Virus record (IMG/VR): IMGVR_UViG_3300046675_000363
DNA length: 64,000 nt
Direction: 5' to 3' (one strand)
Source of the DNA: an uncultured virus (IMG/VR IMGVR_UViG_3300046675_000363)
Lineage: Duplodnaviria > Heunggongvirae > Uroviricota > Caudoviricetes
Shown in pieces: positions 1 to 8,376 of this stretch (within the stretch, counting starts at the first letter, position 1; each line of letters starts with the position of its first letter). The notes beneath the pieces are model-generated. The model made no database searches and had not been told where the DNA came from. It saw only the letters and a list, made by a program, of their open reading frames with translations. Both the position numbers and the translations under genes were made by a program.

Positions 1-214
1 TGCGGCTGTTGACGTTGGAGTTGGAGCGCGAGGCCGAATTGGACTGGCTGGCCGACAGCGCGGTGTTGCGGTTGTTCTGGACGGGATCGGCAACAGCGGC
101 GGAATTGGAGCGCGAGTTGGAGATGCCGGTGCCGACGCCGATGGCGTTCTGCGCGAAGGCGCTGGTCGAAAGGACGCTCGCCACGACGGCGAGGCTGATA
201 ACAAGCTTATTCAT
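1..214 (-). CDS. Secreted Ser/Asn-rich protein, truncated at window edge
   Basis: Minus strand reads CAGGAG RBS then MNKLVISLAVVASVLSTSAFA|QNAIGVGTGISNSRSNS...; Sec signal peptide with AFA cleavage site; open to position 1 (not in ORF track). Confidence 0.75.
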   Translation of the reverse strand, partial: MNKLVISLAVVASVLSTSAFAQNAIGVGTGISNSRSNSAAVADPVQNNRNTALSASQSNSASRSNSNVNSR

Positions 215-292
215 GCTGCGTGTTCTCCTGTGGGCGTTTCTGGCATATGTGACCAGATCACGGTTTCGGCGGGTTGTAAAGTAGACTTCAGC

Positions 293-481
293 TTATTTTT
301 GGTCCGGTTTGCTTTTTCCAGTGAAATCGGGCCACTTCCTGAGATCGCGACGTATCCAGCATCGCAAAAAGGCCATGCCTTCGTAGTCGTCTCCAGTTTC
401 CATCACAGCATACTGAATCGCTGCCAACGGATCTGAAAATTTGTCGTCCTGTTCTTTTACGGTGCTTTCCTCATCGCACAA
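293..481 (-). CDS. Hypothetical protein
   Basis: Short ORF in the leftward operon; start uncertain. Confidence 0.45.
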   Translation of the reverse strand: MCDEESTVKEQDDKFSDPLAAIQYAVMETGDDYEGMAFLRCWIRRDLRKWPDFTGKSKPDQK

Positions 482-708
482 TTTGCTTCATCCCTTCTCT
501 TTTTATACGCATCGCGCTTGTCGCGCTGACGCTTCCATGCCGTTTCATCGTTGGCTTTGATGTCCGCCCTGCCGATCACGCCTTTCGGGATTTTCGAATA
601 GGCGAGCATGCGGCAAAATTCGCTGTTCAGTTGGAGGGAGGTCAGTTCGCCCAGGACACCGTTCATGGCGTCGAGCAGGGCTTCGCTCTTATCGGAGCGG
701 GCCTTCAC
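457..708 (-). CDS. Hypothetical protein
   Basis: Overlaps the upstream gene by 4 bp (coupled). Confidence 0.6.
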   Translation of the reverse strand: MKARSDKSEALLDAMNGVLGELTSLQLNSEFCRMLAYSKIPKGVIGRADIKANDETAWKRQRDKRDAYKKRRDEANCAMRKAP

Positions 709-1022
709 GCAGGTTTCCCCATAACTTTAGCCACGGCTTCAACCAAGACGTCAGTCAAGGCTTTCTCGTGGTCAGCTATGGTTTCGACGAAGAAAGTGAC
801 GTTGGCTTCGACGGCGTCAGCCATGAGCTTCATTGTCACCGCACGGTTTTCTTCAGGCTGGCGCGCAATAAATTCGGACTGGAGGAAGACCAGCGCATTC
901 AGCACCGTTTGTGTGTCGTTTCCGACGAGGACTTCCGCTATTTTTGCGGCAAGGCCTGCGGCCTGTTCGGCGTCTTCCCTGGCGACGCACGATTCGAGCT
1001 TAAATCTTCCGTTTTGCATCAA
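705..1022 (-). CDS. Hypothetical protein
   Basis: AAGGTG RBS-like site and a TTGACA promoter upstream at about 1055-1083. Confidence 0.65.
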   Translation of the reverse strand: MMQNGRFKLESCVAREDAEQAAGLAAKIAEVLVGNDTQTVLNALVFLQSEFIARQPEENRAVTMKLMADAVEANVTFFVETIADHEKALTDVLVEAVAKVMGKPA

Positions 1023-1085
1023 TCACCTTGTGCGGTTCGTTTCGACGTTCAAAAGCTACGACAAGCGAATACGGCCTGTCAACCA

Positions 1086-1433
1086 TCAATCGAGCTTAAA
1101 TTCCGAAATAAACGCTTTCACCTCGTCAGGGGTGCGGGCAAGCCTGTATATGCCGCCGTTGGCTTCCCAGAAGGTCTGGAAGCCTTTTTGGTTATCGGAC
1201 TGACGGCCAGTTTTGGGGATTTTCAATTCGAGGGCGAGCGGCCTGCAGCGCGAAAGCACGATAATGTCGGCCACGCCAGACCGCACACCCATCTGTTTAA
1301 GACGGGCGGCGGTGATCTTATCGCGTTTGCCGCCATTTGGCACATGAAACCAGACCGTGTTGCGGCAGGCTTCGCTGAACAACAGGGCTGCATGCATCTG
1401 GAAGGAATCTTCGTCGTAGCCCCTCAACGTCAA
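1086..1433 (-). CDS. VRR-NUC domain nuclease (Holliday junction resolvase-like)
   Basis: HVPNGGKR...GVRSGVADI...LELK...GRQSDNQ motifs. Confidence 0.9.
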   Translation of the reverse strand: MTLRGYDEDSFQMHAALLFSEACRNTVWFHVPNGGKRDKITAARLKQMGVRSGVADIIVLSRCRPLALELKIPKTGRQSDNQKGFQTFWEANGGIYRLARTPDEVKAFISEFKLD

Positions 1434-1657
1434 CCTCGTTTCGCAAGAAACTCATCGACCGCCGTCTGGATGACGTGCGACACGCTCTCGAAACCAGGTT
1501 CGTTGCGCCAGATTAAGTGTAGCTTGTCTCTCGCTCGCGGGTCAAGTCGGACCGTGACTACGACTTTCGCCGGCGACTGCGGCGTGAACACGGGGACAGG
1601 CTTTTCCTTCTTCAGCTTTTTCGTCGGCACAAAGCGAGGCATTTTCATGGTTTTCAT
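1430..1657 (-). CDS. Ribbon-helix-helix DNA-binding protein
   Basis: VVVTVRLD strand followed by two helices (..SVSHVIQTAVDEFL); AAGGA RBS; TTGACG-N18-CATAAT promoter upstream. Confidence 0.65.
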   Translation of the reverse strand: MKTMKMPRFVPTKKLKKEKPVPVFTPQSPAKVVVTVRLDPRARDKLHLIWRNEPGFESVSHVIQTAVDEFLAKRG

Positions 1658-1736
1658 TTTTGGCTGATCCTTGGCTTGCATTTCGCGGATTATGGGGGCA
1701 ACGTATACGTCCCGTCAAGAGATCACGAGGATATCT

Positions 1737-3170
1737 GTGACTGATTCGCTCTCCGAACAAATTTTAACCCCCACCCTTCGCCCACACCAAGTAGAAGCTG
1801 TTGATGCTCTCGCCTTCTCTCAGGAAGTAACAGCATACGCCGAAATGTCGGTCGCCTCTGGAAAATCGCTCGTGATGGCGAAACTGGGCGAGCGAGCGAT
1901 CGTCAACACCCGCGTCCTGATTATCGCACACACGGAAGAACTGGTGCAGCAGGACGCCCATGCTTGCCGGTGGATCGGCCAGGATCCGGCCATCTGCAGC
2001 GCCGGCTTGAATGAGACGAGGACCGATGGCCGCCTCACGGTTGGAACGATCGGCACGATCGCGAATCGGCTCGACTGTTTCAAGAACGTCGGCCTGGTCA
2101 TCATCGACGAGATCCACCGCGCCCGTATGACGCCCTATAAGGATGGCACGGTATCGGAATATTTGAAGGTGCAGCAGGCGCTGCCGAAAGCCTGGTTTCG
2201 CGGGGTCACCGCCACCGGCTGGCGCGAGGACGGCACCGGATCGCTCGAAAATACGTTCGGTAAGCGGATTTTCGAATACGGGTTCCTGCAAGCCCTTGAA
2301 GACGGTTTCGTCAAAATGCTGCGCGCGGTCGCCGCCGACGCCCCCGACATCGACACCAAAGGCCTGAAGGTCAATTCCCTGGGCGAGTGGGGCGGGCAGG
2401 AACTGACCCATCGCGGCGTGGCGTTGGCGCCGCTTCACGTTGCGAGCCTGGTCAAGGCCATGCGCGAGGAAGAGCGGACCAGGTGCCTGATCTTTGCTTG
2501 CGACATCGAACACGCCAATGTGCTGGAGCGCGAATACAGAAAGCTGGGCATTGATGCGCGGGCCGTCCACACCGGCGTTGGCGGGCGGGTCGAGAATGTC
2601 GAAGCCTTCCGCAGGGGCGATTTCCCCGTCATGATTTCGGTCGCCATGTTTAACACGGGCTTTGATGTTCCCGACGTGGACATGATGGGCTTTTGCCGCC
2701 CGATGAAGTCCAGCCTGCTCTATGCGCAGTCGCTGGGACGCGGCGCTCGCCTGTCCGAATACGCCGACGATTGCGCCGTAGTTGACTTTGGCGGCAATAT
2801 CGTTCGGCACGGCGCTCTCGATATGATCGAGCCGCCGAAACAGCGGGCGCCGAGCGGCAGCGGCCCCAAAGAGGAAAGGGAGAAATTGCCGGCGATGAAG
2901 CGGGCCGTCGGCGGCGACCTGCGCAACGCTGCAAAAGAAGGTGTGCTGCTCTCAAATCAGGGCAAACCGCAGTGGACGAAACCGAACGGCGTTCCGATTT
3001 TCTTGCCGCAGCGCGGTTTCTGGATCGTCCCGACCAAACTTGGCAAGGCGCGTTGGTTCTCGCGCAGCTATCCGAACGATGTGGCGCACCTTTATTGTGA
3101 ATATCGAGGAAAATACGGCTGGACGGCGCGCGGCGCCGTCGATATTGTGGGCATCCTTCACAAAGCGTGA
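1737..3170 (+). CDS. Superfamily 2 DExH helicase
   Basis: LRPHQ Q-motif, ASGKS Walker A, DEIH, TAT, TGFDVP, QSLGRGAR; GTG start after GAGGA. Confidence 0.93.
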   Translation: MTDSLSEQILTPTLRPHQVEAVDALAFSQEVTAYAEMSVASGKSLVMAKLGERAIVNTRVLIIAHTEELVQQDAHACRWIGQDPAICSAGLNETRTDGRLTVGTIGTIANRLDCFKNVGLVIIDEIHRARMTPYKDGTVSEYLKVQQALPKAWFRGVTATGWREDGTGSLENTFGKRIFEYGFLQALEDGFVKMLRAVAADAPDIDTKGLKVNSLGEWGGQELTHRGVALAPLHVASLVKAMREEERTRCLIFACDIEHANVLEREYRKLGIDARAVHTGVGGRVENVEAFRRGDFPVMISVAMFNTGFDVPDVDMMGFCRPMKSSLLYAQSLGRGARLSEYADDCAVVDFGGNIVRHGALDMIEPPKQRAPSGSGPKEEREKLPAMKRAVGGDLRNAAKEGVLLSNQGKPQWTKPNGVPIFLPQRGFWIVPTKLGKARWFSRSYPNDVAHLYCEYRGKYGWTARGAVDIVGILHKA

Positions 3171-3199
3171 AAACAACCGAATACGAAAGAGACAGACAA

Positions 3200-3778
3200 A
3201 TGGCTAAATTTACGATTTCTGGCATTACGAAGCCGGGCGACAGCTTTCTCTTCGAAAGCGACAATCTCAATGAGGTTCTCGACGCCATCGACACCATGCG
3301 CGGTTCTGTGACTGCCAGTGAGCATGAACAGTTTGCTGCGGCTGGCGCTTTCGAACAGCCCGCGCAGCAGGGCCAGCAGACCTACCAGGCTTCGACCCAG
3401 CAGGCCCAGGCTGCTCCTGCCGAGCCGCCGAAGCGCACCCGGACCCGCAAGGCCGCCGAAGCCCCGGCGCCGGTGCAGCCGCAAGACGCTCCCCAGACCC
3501 AGCAGACGGCCAGCCCGTTCGCGAACGCCAATACGCCCTTTGCGCCGGCTGATCACACTTCGAACGGCCAGACCGAGCGGGCTGCGGTCACCAAGCTGAA
3601 GACGCATCTGGCTGCGCTCGCCGCCGCGCATGGCGAGGGCCAGGTCTATTCCTGGGCCATCCAGAACGCCTTCAACCTGCCGGTCGATACGACCAAGGAC
3701 ATCTTCCTCAACGAGAAGATCTACGGTTTCTCGGACGATCGGCTTGAGGCGGCGTATCGCATGAGCGGTGGCCAGTAA
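3200..3778 (+). CDS. Hypothetical phage protein with Ala/Gln/Pro-rich linker
   Basis: Good codon usage; occupies the usual slot before the Cas4-like exonuclease. Confidence 0.8.
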   Translation: MAKFTISGITKPGDSFLFESDNLNEVLDAIDTMRGSVTASEHEQFAAAGAFEQPAQQGQQTYQASTQQAQAAPAEPPKRTRTRKAAEAPAPVQPQDAPQTQQTASPFANANTPFAPADHTSNGQTERAAVTKLKTHLAALAAAHGEGQVYSWAIQNAFNLPVDTTKDIFLNEKIYGFSDDRLEAAYRMSGGQ

Positions 3779-3796
3779 CCACCGGCGCACGAATAG

Positions 3797-3824
3797 AGGG
3801 GGTCCATTCGTGCGGCCCCCTTTT
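3797..3824 (+). terminator. Rho-independent terminator
   Basis: GGGGGTCCA-TTCG-TGCGGCCCCC followed by TTTT. Confidence 0.7.
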
Positions 3825-3850
3825 CCATTCCCAAAACAACAGGAAACGTC

Positions 3851-4852
3851 ATGTCAGCCCACGCCAATTTTGCGCCCTCGTCCGCCGCCAGGTGGCTCGA
3901 ATGTCCCTTCAGCGCCGTGATCGGCGCCACCCTCCCTAATCCCGACAGTGAAGCCTCCCGTGAGGGCACCCGCGTCCACACCCTGATCGAGAAGGCCATC
4001 GCCGGTGAGCCGATCCCTGAAGACGAAAACGAAGACGTTGCCTACGGCATCGAAATGGTGCTCGATTTTGTCAATCAACTCGGAGGCCTGAAGTCTGTGC
4101 TGGCCGAGCAGAAAGTACACCTGTCGAAAGACGTATGGGGGACCGTCGACATTCTACAGCCCGATCCTTACGTGACGACGCTGCTCGACTATAAAAACGG
4201 CGCAATGGACGTCGCCGCCGATCGAAACATGCAGTTGATGACTTACGCGGCGGCGACGCTTGAAGAGAAGGGGCCTTCGAAGTTTTACCGTTTGGTTATT
4301 GTCCAGCCAAATTCCCGCACCGCCGGCGATCAGCGCGACGTCAAGCAGAGCCTGGTCCCGCTCGCCCTGGTCGAGGAACATCGTGAAAAGGTGCTGGCGG
4401 CGGTCGAGCGCGGCATGCATGGCGAGGGGCCGAAGCCTGGCCGGCATTGCCGCTATTGCTCGGCCTTTGGCAACTGCGAAGCCACCCAGCAGATGTTGCC
4501 CTTCATCATGACGGCGGTCCGGATGCTGCCGAGCGAGATCCCCAACGCCACCGCCGTTCGCATGCTGACCGTGCTCCGGGGCCTGGAAGACATGCGCAAG
4601 GCCCTAGAGAAGGATGTCGTGACCCGCTTCGCCGCCGGCCAGCAGGTGCCCGGCGCCGAAATGGGCATGACCTCGACCCATCGCAAATGGGGCGACGATC
4701 GCATGGCGGTCGAGAAGCTGATTGCGCTCTATGGCATGAACGGCGTCGATCCGATCAGCCCGGCCCAGGCCGAGAAGATGGGCAGCGCCGGCGTCGAATT
4801 GGCGAAGACGCTGGCCTTCAAGCCCACGGGAAGCCCGAAGCTGATTTATTGA
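3851..4852 (+). CDS. Cas4-like PD-(D/E)XK exonuclease (DUF2800-type)
   Basis: APSSAARWLECP, GTRVH, E..WGTVD..LDYKNG, QLMTYA, C-terminal HCRYC..C (1+3 Cys Fe-S staple). Confidence 0.9.
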   Translation: MSAHANFAPSSAARWLECPFSAVIGATLPNPDSEASREGTRVHTLIEKAIAGEPIPEDENEDVAYGIEMVLDFVNQLGGLKSVLAEQKVHLSKDVWGTVDILQPDPYVTTLLDYKNGAMDVAADRNMQLMTYAAATLEEKGPSKFYRLVIVQPNSRTAGDQRDVKQSLVPLALVEEHREKVLAAVERGMHGEGPKPGRHCRYCSAFGNCEATQQMLPFIMTAVRMLPSEIPNATAVRMLTVLRGLEDMRKALEKDVVTRFAAGQQVPGAEMGMTSTHRKWGDDRMAVEKLIALYGMNGVDPISPAQAEKMGSAGVELAKTLAFKPTGSPKLIY

Positions 4853-4862
4853 GGCGCCTGAA

Positions 4863-5195
4863 ATGAGCAAACATGAAGCTATGGCGAGGGCGGATCGCGG
4901 CGCCGACTTGCATTGGAAAGCCTGCATGCTGGCAAGTGGCGTGATGGTTGCTCGCTCGCTGCCATACTTCACTACCGACGAAGTCGTCGCCTACTGCAAG
5001 GAACATCACCCCAACGCAACGACGCACGAGTTACGCGCAATAGGGCCGGTCATGCAGCGGCTGGCAGGCGACGGGGCATGCGCCAAGACTGAGCACTATC
5101 GAGAATCTTCGCATGAACCGTGTAACCAACGGCCCAAGTTGGTATGGCAGAGCCTGATTTACGAAACCCCGCCATGGTGCAAGAAAGCTGATTGA
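4863..5195 (+). CDS. Hypothetical protein (possible winged helix)
   Basis: FTTDEV...RAIGPVM...VWQSLIY pattern common in phage proteins. Confidence 0.7.
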   Translation: MSKHEAMARADRGADLHWKACMLASGVMVARSLPYFTTDEVVAYCKEHHPNATTHELRAIGPVMQRLAGDGACAKTEHYRESSHEPCNQRPKLVWQSLIYETPPWCKKAD

Positions 5196-5307
5196 CCTGC
5201 TTTTTTGCAAGCCTTCTTTGCGAACAAACAAATGGCTTATCGTATTCGTTTGTCGCACATTGCCCTGGCGCTCGGCGCACCCATCAAATAGGAAAGAGAC
5301 ATCGACT

Positions 5308-5712
5308 ATGAAAAATCTCGCACAGTTCGAACTGCCCAAGACGCTTGCGGATCTGGATGCCCGCTGCACCTTGAAAGTGCCGGTGGTGAACCTCAATGAT
5401 GAGGTCCATGATATCTTTCGCGTGTTGTGGCACGATGAAAAATTCCGTCTGCTGCTGAACGCCACCACCGACAAGGATTCGATCGAAGGCGCCACCTACG
5501 TCGATGACGTGGTCGCTGCGCAGCAGATCCGCGACTACGCCTTGACTGACGGCAACAACCCTTTCGTCGGCGGCAAGCAGGTTGCGGCGATCGTGCGCTC
5601 GCTCAAGGTGGTCATGCGCCGCCACGAAATGAGCCGCAAGGACCGCGCCGCGATGCTCGATGGCATGCCGGTTCCCAATGGCGACATCGACAGCGACATC
5701 CCCACGGAGTGA
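5308..5712 (+). CDS. Hypothetical protein
   Basis: AGGAAAG RBS, MKNLAQF start. Confidence 0.75.
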   Translation: MKNLAQFELPKTLADLDARCTLKVPVVNLNDEVHDIFRVLWHDEKFRLLLNATTDKDSIEGATYVDDVVAAQQIRDYALTDGNNPFVGGKQVAAIVRSLKVVMRRHEMSRKDRAAMLDGMPVPNGDIDSDIPTE

Positions 5713-5718
5713 TGGAGC

Positions 5719-5744
5719 GGACCCCGCTCTAGGGCGGGGTCTTT
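5719..5744 (+). terminator. Hairpin / terminator
   Basis: GACCCCGCTC-TAG-GGCGGGGTC followed by TTT. Confidence 0.55.
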
Positions 5745-5765
5745 CAGCCTGAAGGAAAGCACCCC

Positions 5766-6371
5766 ATGGAAATCACCAACAAAACGCGCGATGCAGTGCG
5801 TGAAAAACTGGAGCGTGGCGAAAAGATCGATCGTTATGAAATCGCCGCCGACATAGGCGTCAGCCCGCGCAACGTCGACAACGCCATTGCGGTTGAGAAA
5901 GCCCGGCGGAAAGGACGAGAGGAGGTCGAGCAATTGAACGCCAGCATGTTGAGCGCATCGTCGCAAGACAGGCTGGAAATCTTCAAAAAGCAGGAACTGT
6001 TCAAACTGCAGCTTTCGTTTGAAGAGGCCGTCAGTGCTAAAGTCAAGCTTAAGGTTGCGGAAGTGCTGGCGAAGCGCGATGCGGAAACGCTGGAGGCGAT
6101 CGAGCAAGCAAACCAGGTGATCAGCCATTCGCAGGGCCGCCTGCGGCCTCCCTTTTCCGCGCCTGAATACATGGTCGTGATGCGGGCGCTTCACCCCGAC
6201 AGCACGACGCATGAAAACAGGATGGACGCTTTCAAACTGTGCAACAGCAAAAAGTTTTTGCTGCGTGATGAAGGCAAAATCGCCAAGACAATCAACACCC
6301 TGCCCAATACGCTGGAAGAACTGGACGCCCGCCGCGCCAGCGCGCAGGAAAAACGTCGCAACAGGCGTTGA
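5766..6371 (+). CDS. HTH-containing hypothetical protein
   Basis: YEIAADIGVSPRNVDNAI helix-turn-helix; ALHPD motif near C-terminus. Confidence 0.7.
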   Translation: MEITNKTRDAVREKLERGEKIDRYEIAADIGVSPRNVDNAIAVEKARRKGREEVEQLNASMLSASSQDRLEIFKKQELFKLQLSFEEAVSAKVKLKVAEVLAKRDAETLEAIEQANQVISHSQGRLRPPFSAPEYMVVMRALHPDSTTHENRMDAFKLCNSKKFLLRDEGKIAKTINTLPNTLEELDARRASAQEKRRNRR

Positions 6372-6448
6372 CGACCAAACACGTCCATGCCAATCTGTCT
6401 CTGCAATCGCAAAAGTGTTAAACGTGCAAACTGTGAAAGGGCGCCGAA

Positions 6449-7195
6449 ATGGCCCGTGAACTGCAAAAAATCATCCTCATGAACGCCCAGCTTGTCTACT
6501 GCAACCGCCTCTACGAAGCAGAGACGGTCGACATGGCCGGCGCCCCCCTCAAAAAGCCGACCTGGTCAACCAGCATGCGGTATCCCAAGACCACCAAGAA
6601 CTGGTTCGATGAGCCGGCGCTGGTGAGCCTCCGCAATGCCTGCGGCGTCATCAAGAGCCGCGAAATGGCTCACGTCGGTTTCGAGCGCATCGAGTTCCCC
6701 GTCAAAGACGGCGACCTTCCCAACAAGAAGAACAAAATTCCGGATTGGGCGAAGGGTCACTGGATCATCCGCGCCAATACGACCATCAAGCGGCCCCTGG
6801 TCGAGCAGCGCATCGATGGCGTCGTCACCACGCTGGAGGCGATCCAGCTTGGCGGGCAGCGCCTCTGGGGCGATGGCGATTACGCCGGCGTGGTGATGTC
6901 CGTCGCCAAGCGCCTGACCGACGATGTCGGCATCAAGTGCTATCTGAACAGCGTCTGCTTTATGGCGCACGGCGAGCCGCTCGATGTTTCGGGCCAGCCC
7001 ACCGACTGGAACGTCGCGGAAGCGCAGGCGGCGGAACAGGGCATCAAGATCAAGACCGACGCCCCCGGCTTCAACGCAGGTGGGTTCCCGCCGGCCAATG
7101 GCGCGGCTGGGGGAGCGGCGCCCTTCGCTCCGTTCAACCCGTCTGGTCCGTCGCCGTTCAGCGGCGCCGGTCCCAAGGCCGCCGATCCCTTCTAA
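6449..7195 (+). CDS. Phage single-stranded DNA-binding protein (DUF2815/gp2.5-like)
   Basis: FPVKDGD..WAKGHWIIRA..GIKCYLNSVCF and a flexible tail ending in DPF; lies between exonuclease and PolA. Confidence 0.8.
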   Translation: MARELQKIILMNAQLVYCNRLYEAETVDMAGAPLKKPTWSTSMRYPKTTKNWFDEPALVSLRNACGVIKSREMAHVGFERIEFPVKDGDLPNKKNKIPDWAKGHWIIRANTTIKRPLVEQRIDGVVTTLEAIQLGGQRLWGDGDYAGVVMSVAKRLTDDVGIKCYLNSVCFMAHGEPLDVSGQPTDWNVAEAQAAEQGIKIKTDAPGFNAGGFPPANGAAGGAAPFAPFNPSGPSPFSGAGPKAADPF

Positions 7196-7219
7196 AATCA
7201 AAACCCGATCAAAAAGATG

Positions 7220-7244
7220 CCCCAGCGTTCGCGCTGGGGTTTCT
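7220..7244 (+). terminator. Rho-independent terminator
   Basis: CCCCAGCG-TTCG-CGCTGGGG followed by TTTCT. Confidence 0.75.
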
Positions 7245-7267
7245 AACTGCGCCCGGAGCCACCCAAA

Positions 7268-8041
7268 ATGCGCCTTCATCACATCTATGAAATGAACCTT
7301 CCGCCTAAAACTATTACGAGCATGCGTCTTGACGCGCCAAACATCGAACAGTTTGCGTTTGGCAACATTTATGACATCACTACCGACGAATCTTATGTGG
7401 AATTGCAGGATTTCTGCTTTGATCTGATGAAAATTGGCAAGTTCAGGCTTCCCTTCGATGAAGTGGCGTACTGCTTTGAGGCGCCGGAACTTCAGATGTT
7501 GCTGCGGGCAACGCAAAACACGCCAGACATGATCGAATTTAGCTTGTTGATGAAAAACTACAGCGGCTGCGTATCGCTATCTGGTTCGCTCGACACCAAA
7601 GTATCCGGCGAGAACAATAAATACCGTATTCGCGCCAACCATGTTCACTGCGAGGCGGTCTTAACTCGCGAAGAAAGAGAAGACTTCATCGCTAAATTTG
7701 CCCACGGCGCGGTCGCATTCATTTGTGTTCTCACCGCTATCCTTTCAGTGCGCGGCGCCATGGTCACGATCGAGAAGGCGCCCGAAAAATTGAACATCAA
7801 GCGCGCTCGCAAGGGGCGGGCGCTGATCGACGACGTCCGCCACGTCACCATTGTCGTCGGCGGCGTTCAATATGCCGTCTCTGGCCATCCGAAAGGGACG
7901 CATGCGTCGCCCCGTCTGCACTGGAGACGAGGCCACATTCGGCATTTGGCTTCAGGCGCGGTCGCAATCATTTCTCCCTGCCTCGTCGGGAGCGCGGAGC
8001 AAGGCGTCGTCAAGCACGACTACGCAGTGAGGCATGCGTGA
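7268..8041 (+). CDS. Hypothetical phage protein with HASPRxHxRRGH motif
   Basis: KLNIKRARKG..HASPRLHWRRGHIRHL motif seen in many phage proteins; lower GC than flanks. Confidence 0.8.
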   Translation: MRLHHIYEMNLPPKTITSMRLDAPNIEQFAFGNIYDITTDESYVELQDFCFDLMKIGKFRLPFDEVAYCFEAPELQMLLRATQNTPDMIEFSLLMKNYSGCVSLSGSLDTKVSGENNKYRIRANHVHCEAVLTREEREDFIAKFAHGAVAFICVLTAILSVRGAMVTIEKAPEKLNIKRARKGRALIDDVRHVTIVVGGVQYAVSGHPKGTHASPRLHWRRGHIRHLASGAVAIISPCLVGSAEQGVVKHDYAVRHA

Positions 8042-8376
8042 TGCCAGACGACATCTGCCAAGGCAAGCACGGGGGCAACGCCGAGAGTGTCGAGGCTTTT
8101 GCCACAACGTCCGAAAAGCACCGCGAAGCTATGCGGCAGCGCATCTACGTTTTTGCGATGTTCCGTTTACGTCGCGGCATCACGCCAGACGAAACAGCCG
8201 CCGCTTTTGGCCTCTTTCACAATGATGTCGCGCCGCGCTGCAGTGAAATGAAAAGGGATGGCCGGCTGGTCGCAATCAAAGAGAAGCGGCGCACTCGCAG
8301 CAACAAATCGGCGCGTGTGCTGGTCACCGATAAAGTCTACGCCTTCATGCGCATCGTGAAAGATCCTGCCCTATGA
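8041..8376 (+). CDS. Winged-helix-like hypothetical protein
   Basis: GITPDETAAAFG..VAPRCSEMKRDG..RRTRS pattern; TGATG coupling. Confidence 0.7.
   Translation: MPDDICQGKHGGNAESVEAFATTSEKHREAMRQRIYVFAMFRLRRGITPDETAAAFGLFHNDVAPRCSEMKRDGRLVAIKEKRRTRSNKSARVLVTDKVYAFMRIVKDPAL

Noticed and set aside
9..284. Plus-strand 91-aa ORF
   Set aside because: The minus strand has an RBS, signal peptide and operon context, so the plus ORF is its shadow
3851..4852. Cas4 as part of a CRISPR-Cas system
   Set aside because: Stand-alone phage exonuclease in the helicase-SSB-PolA module; no other cas genes or array
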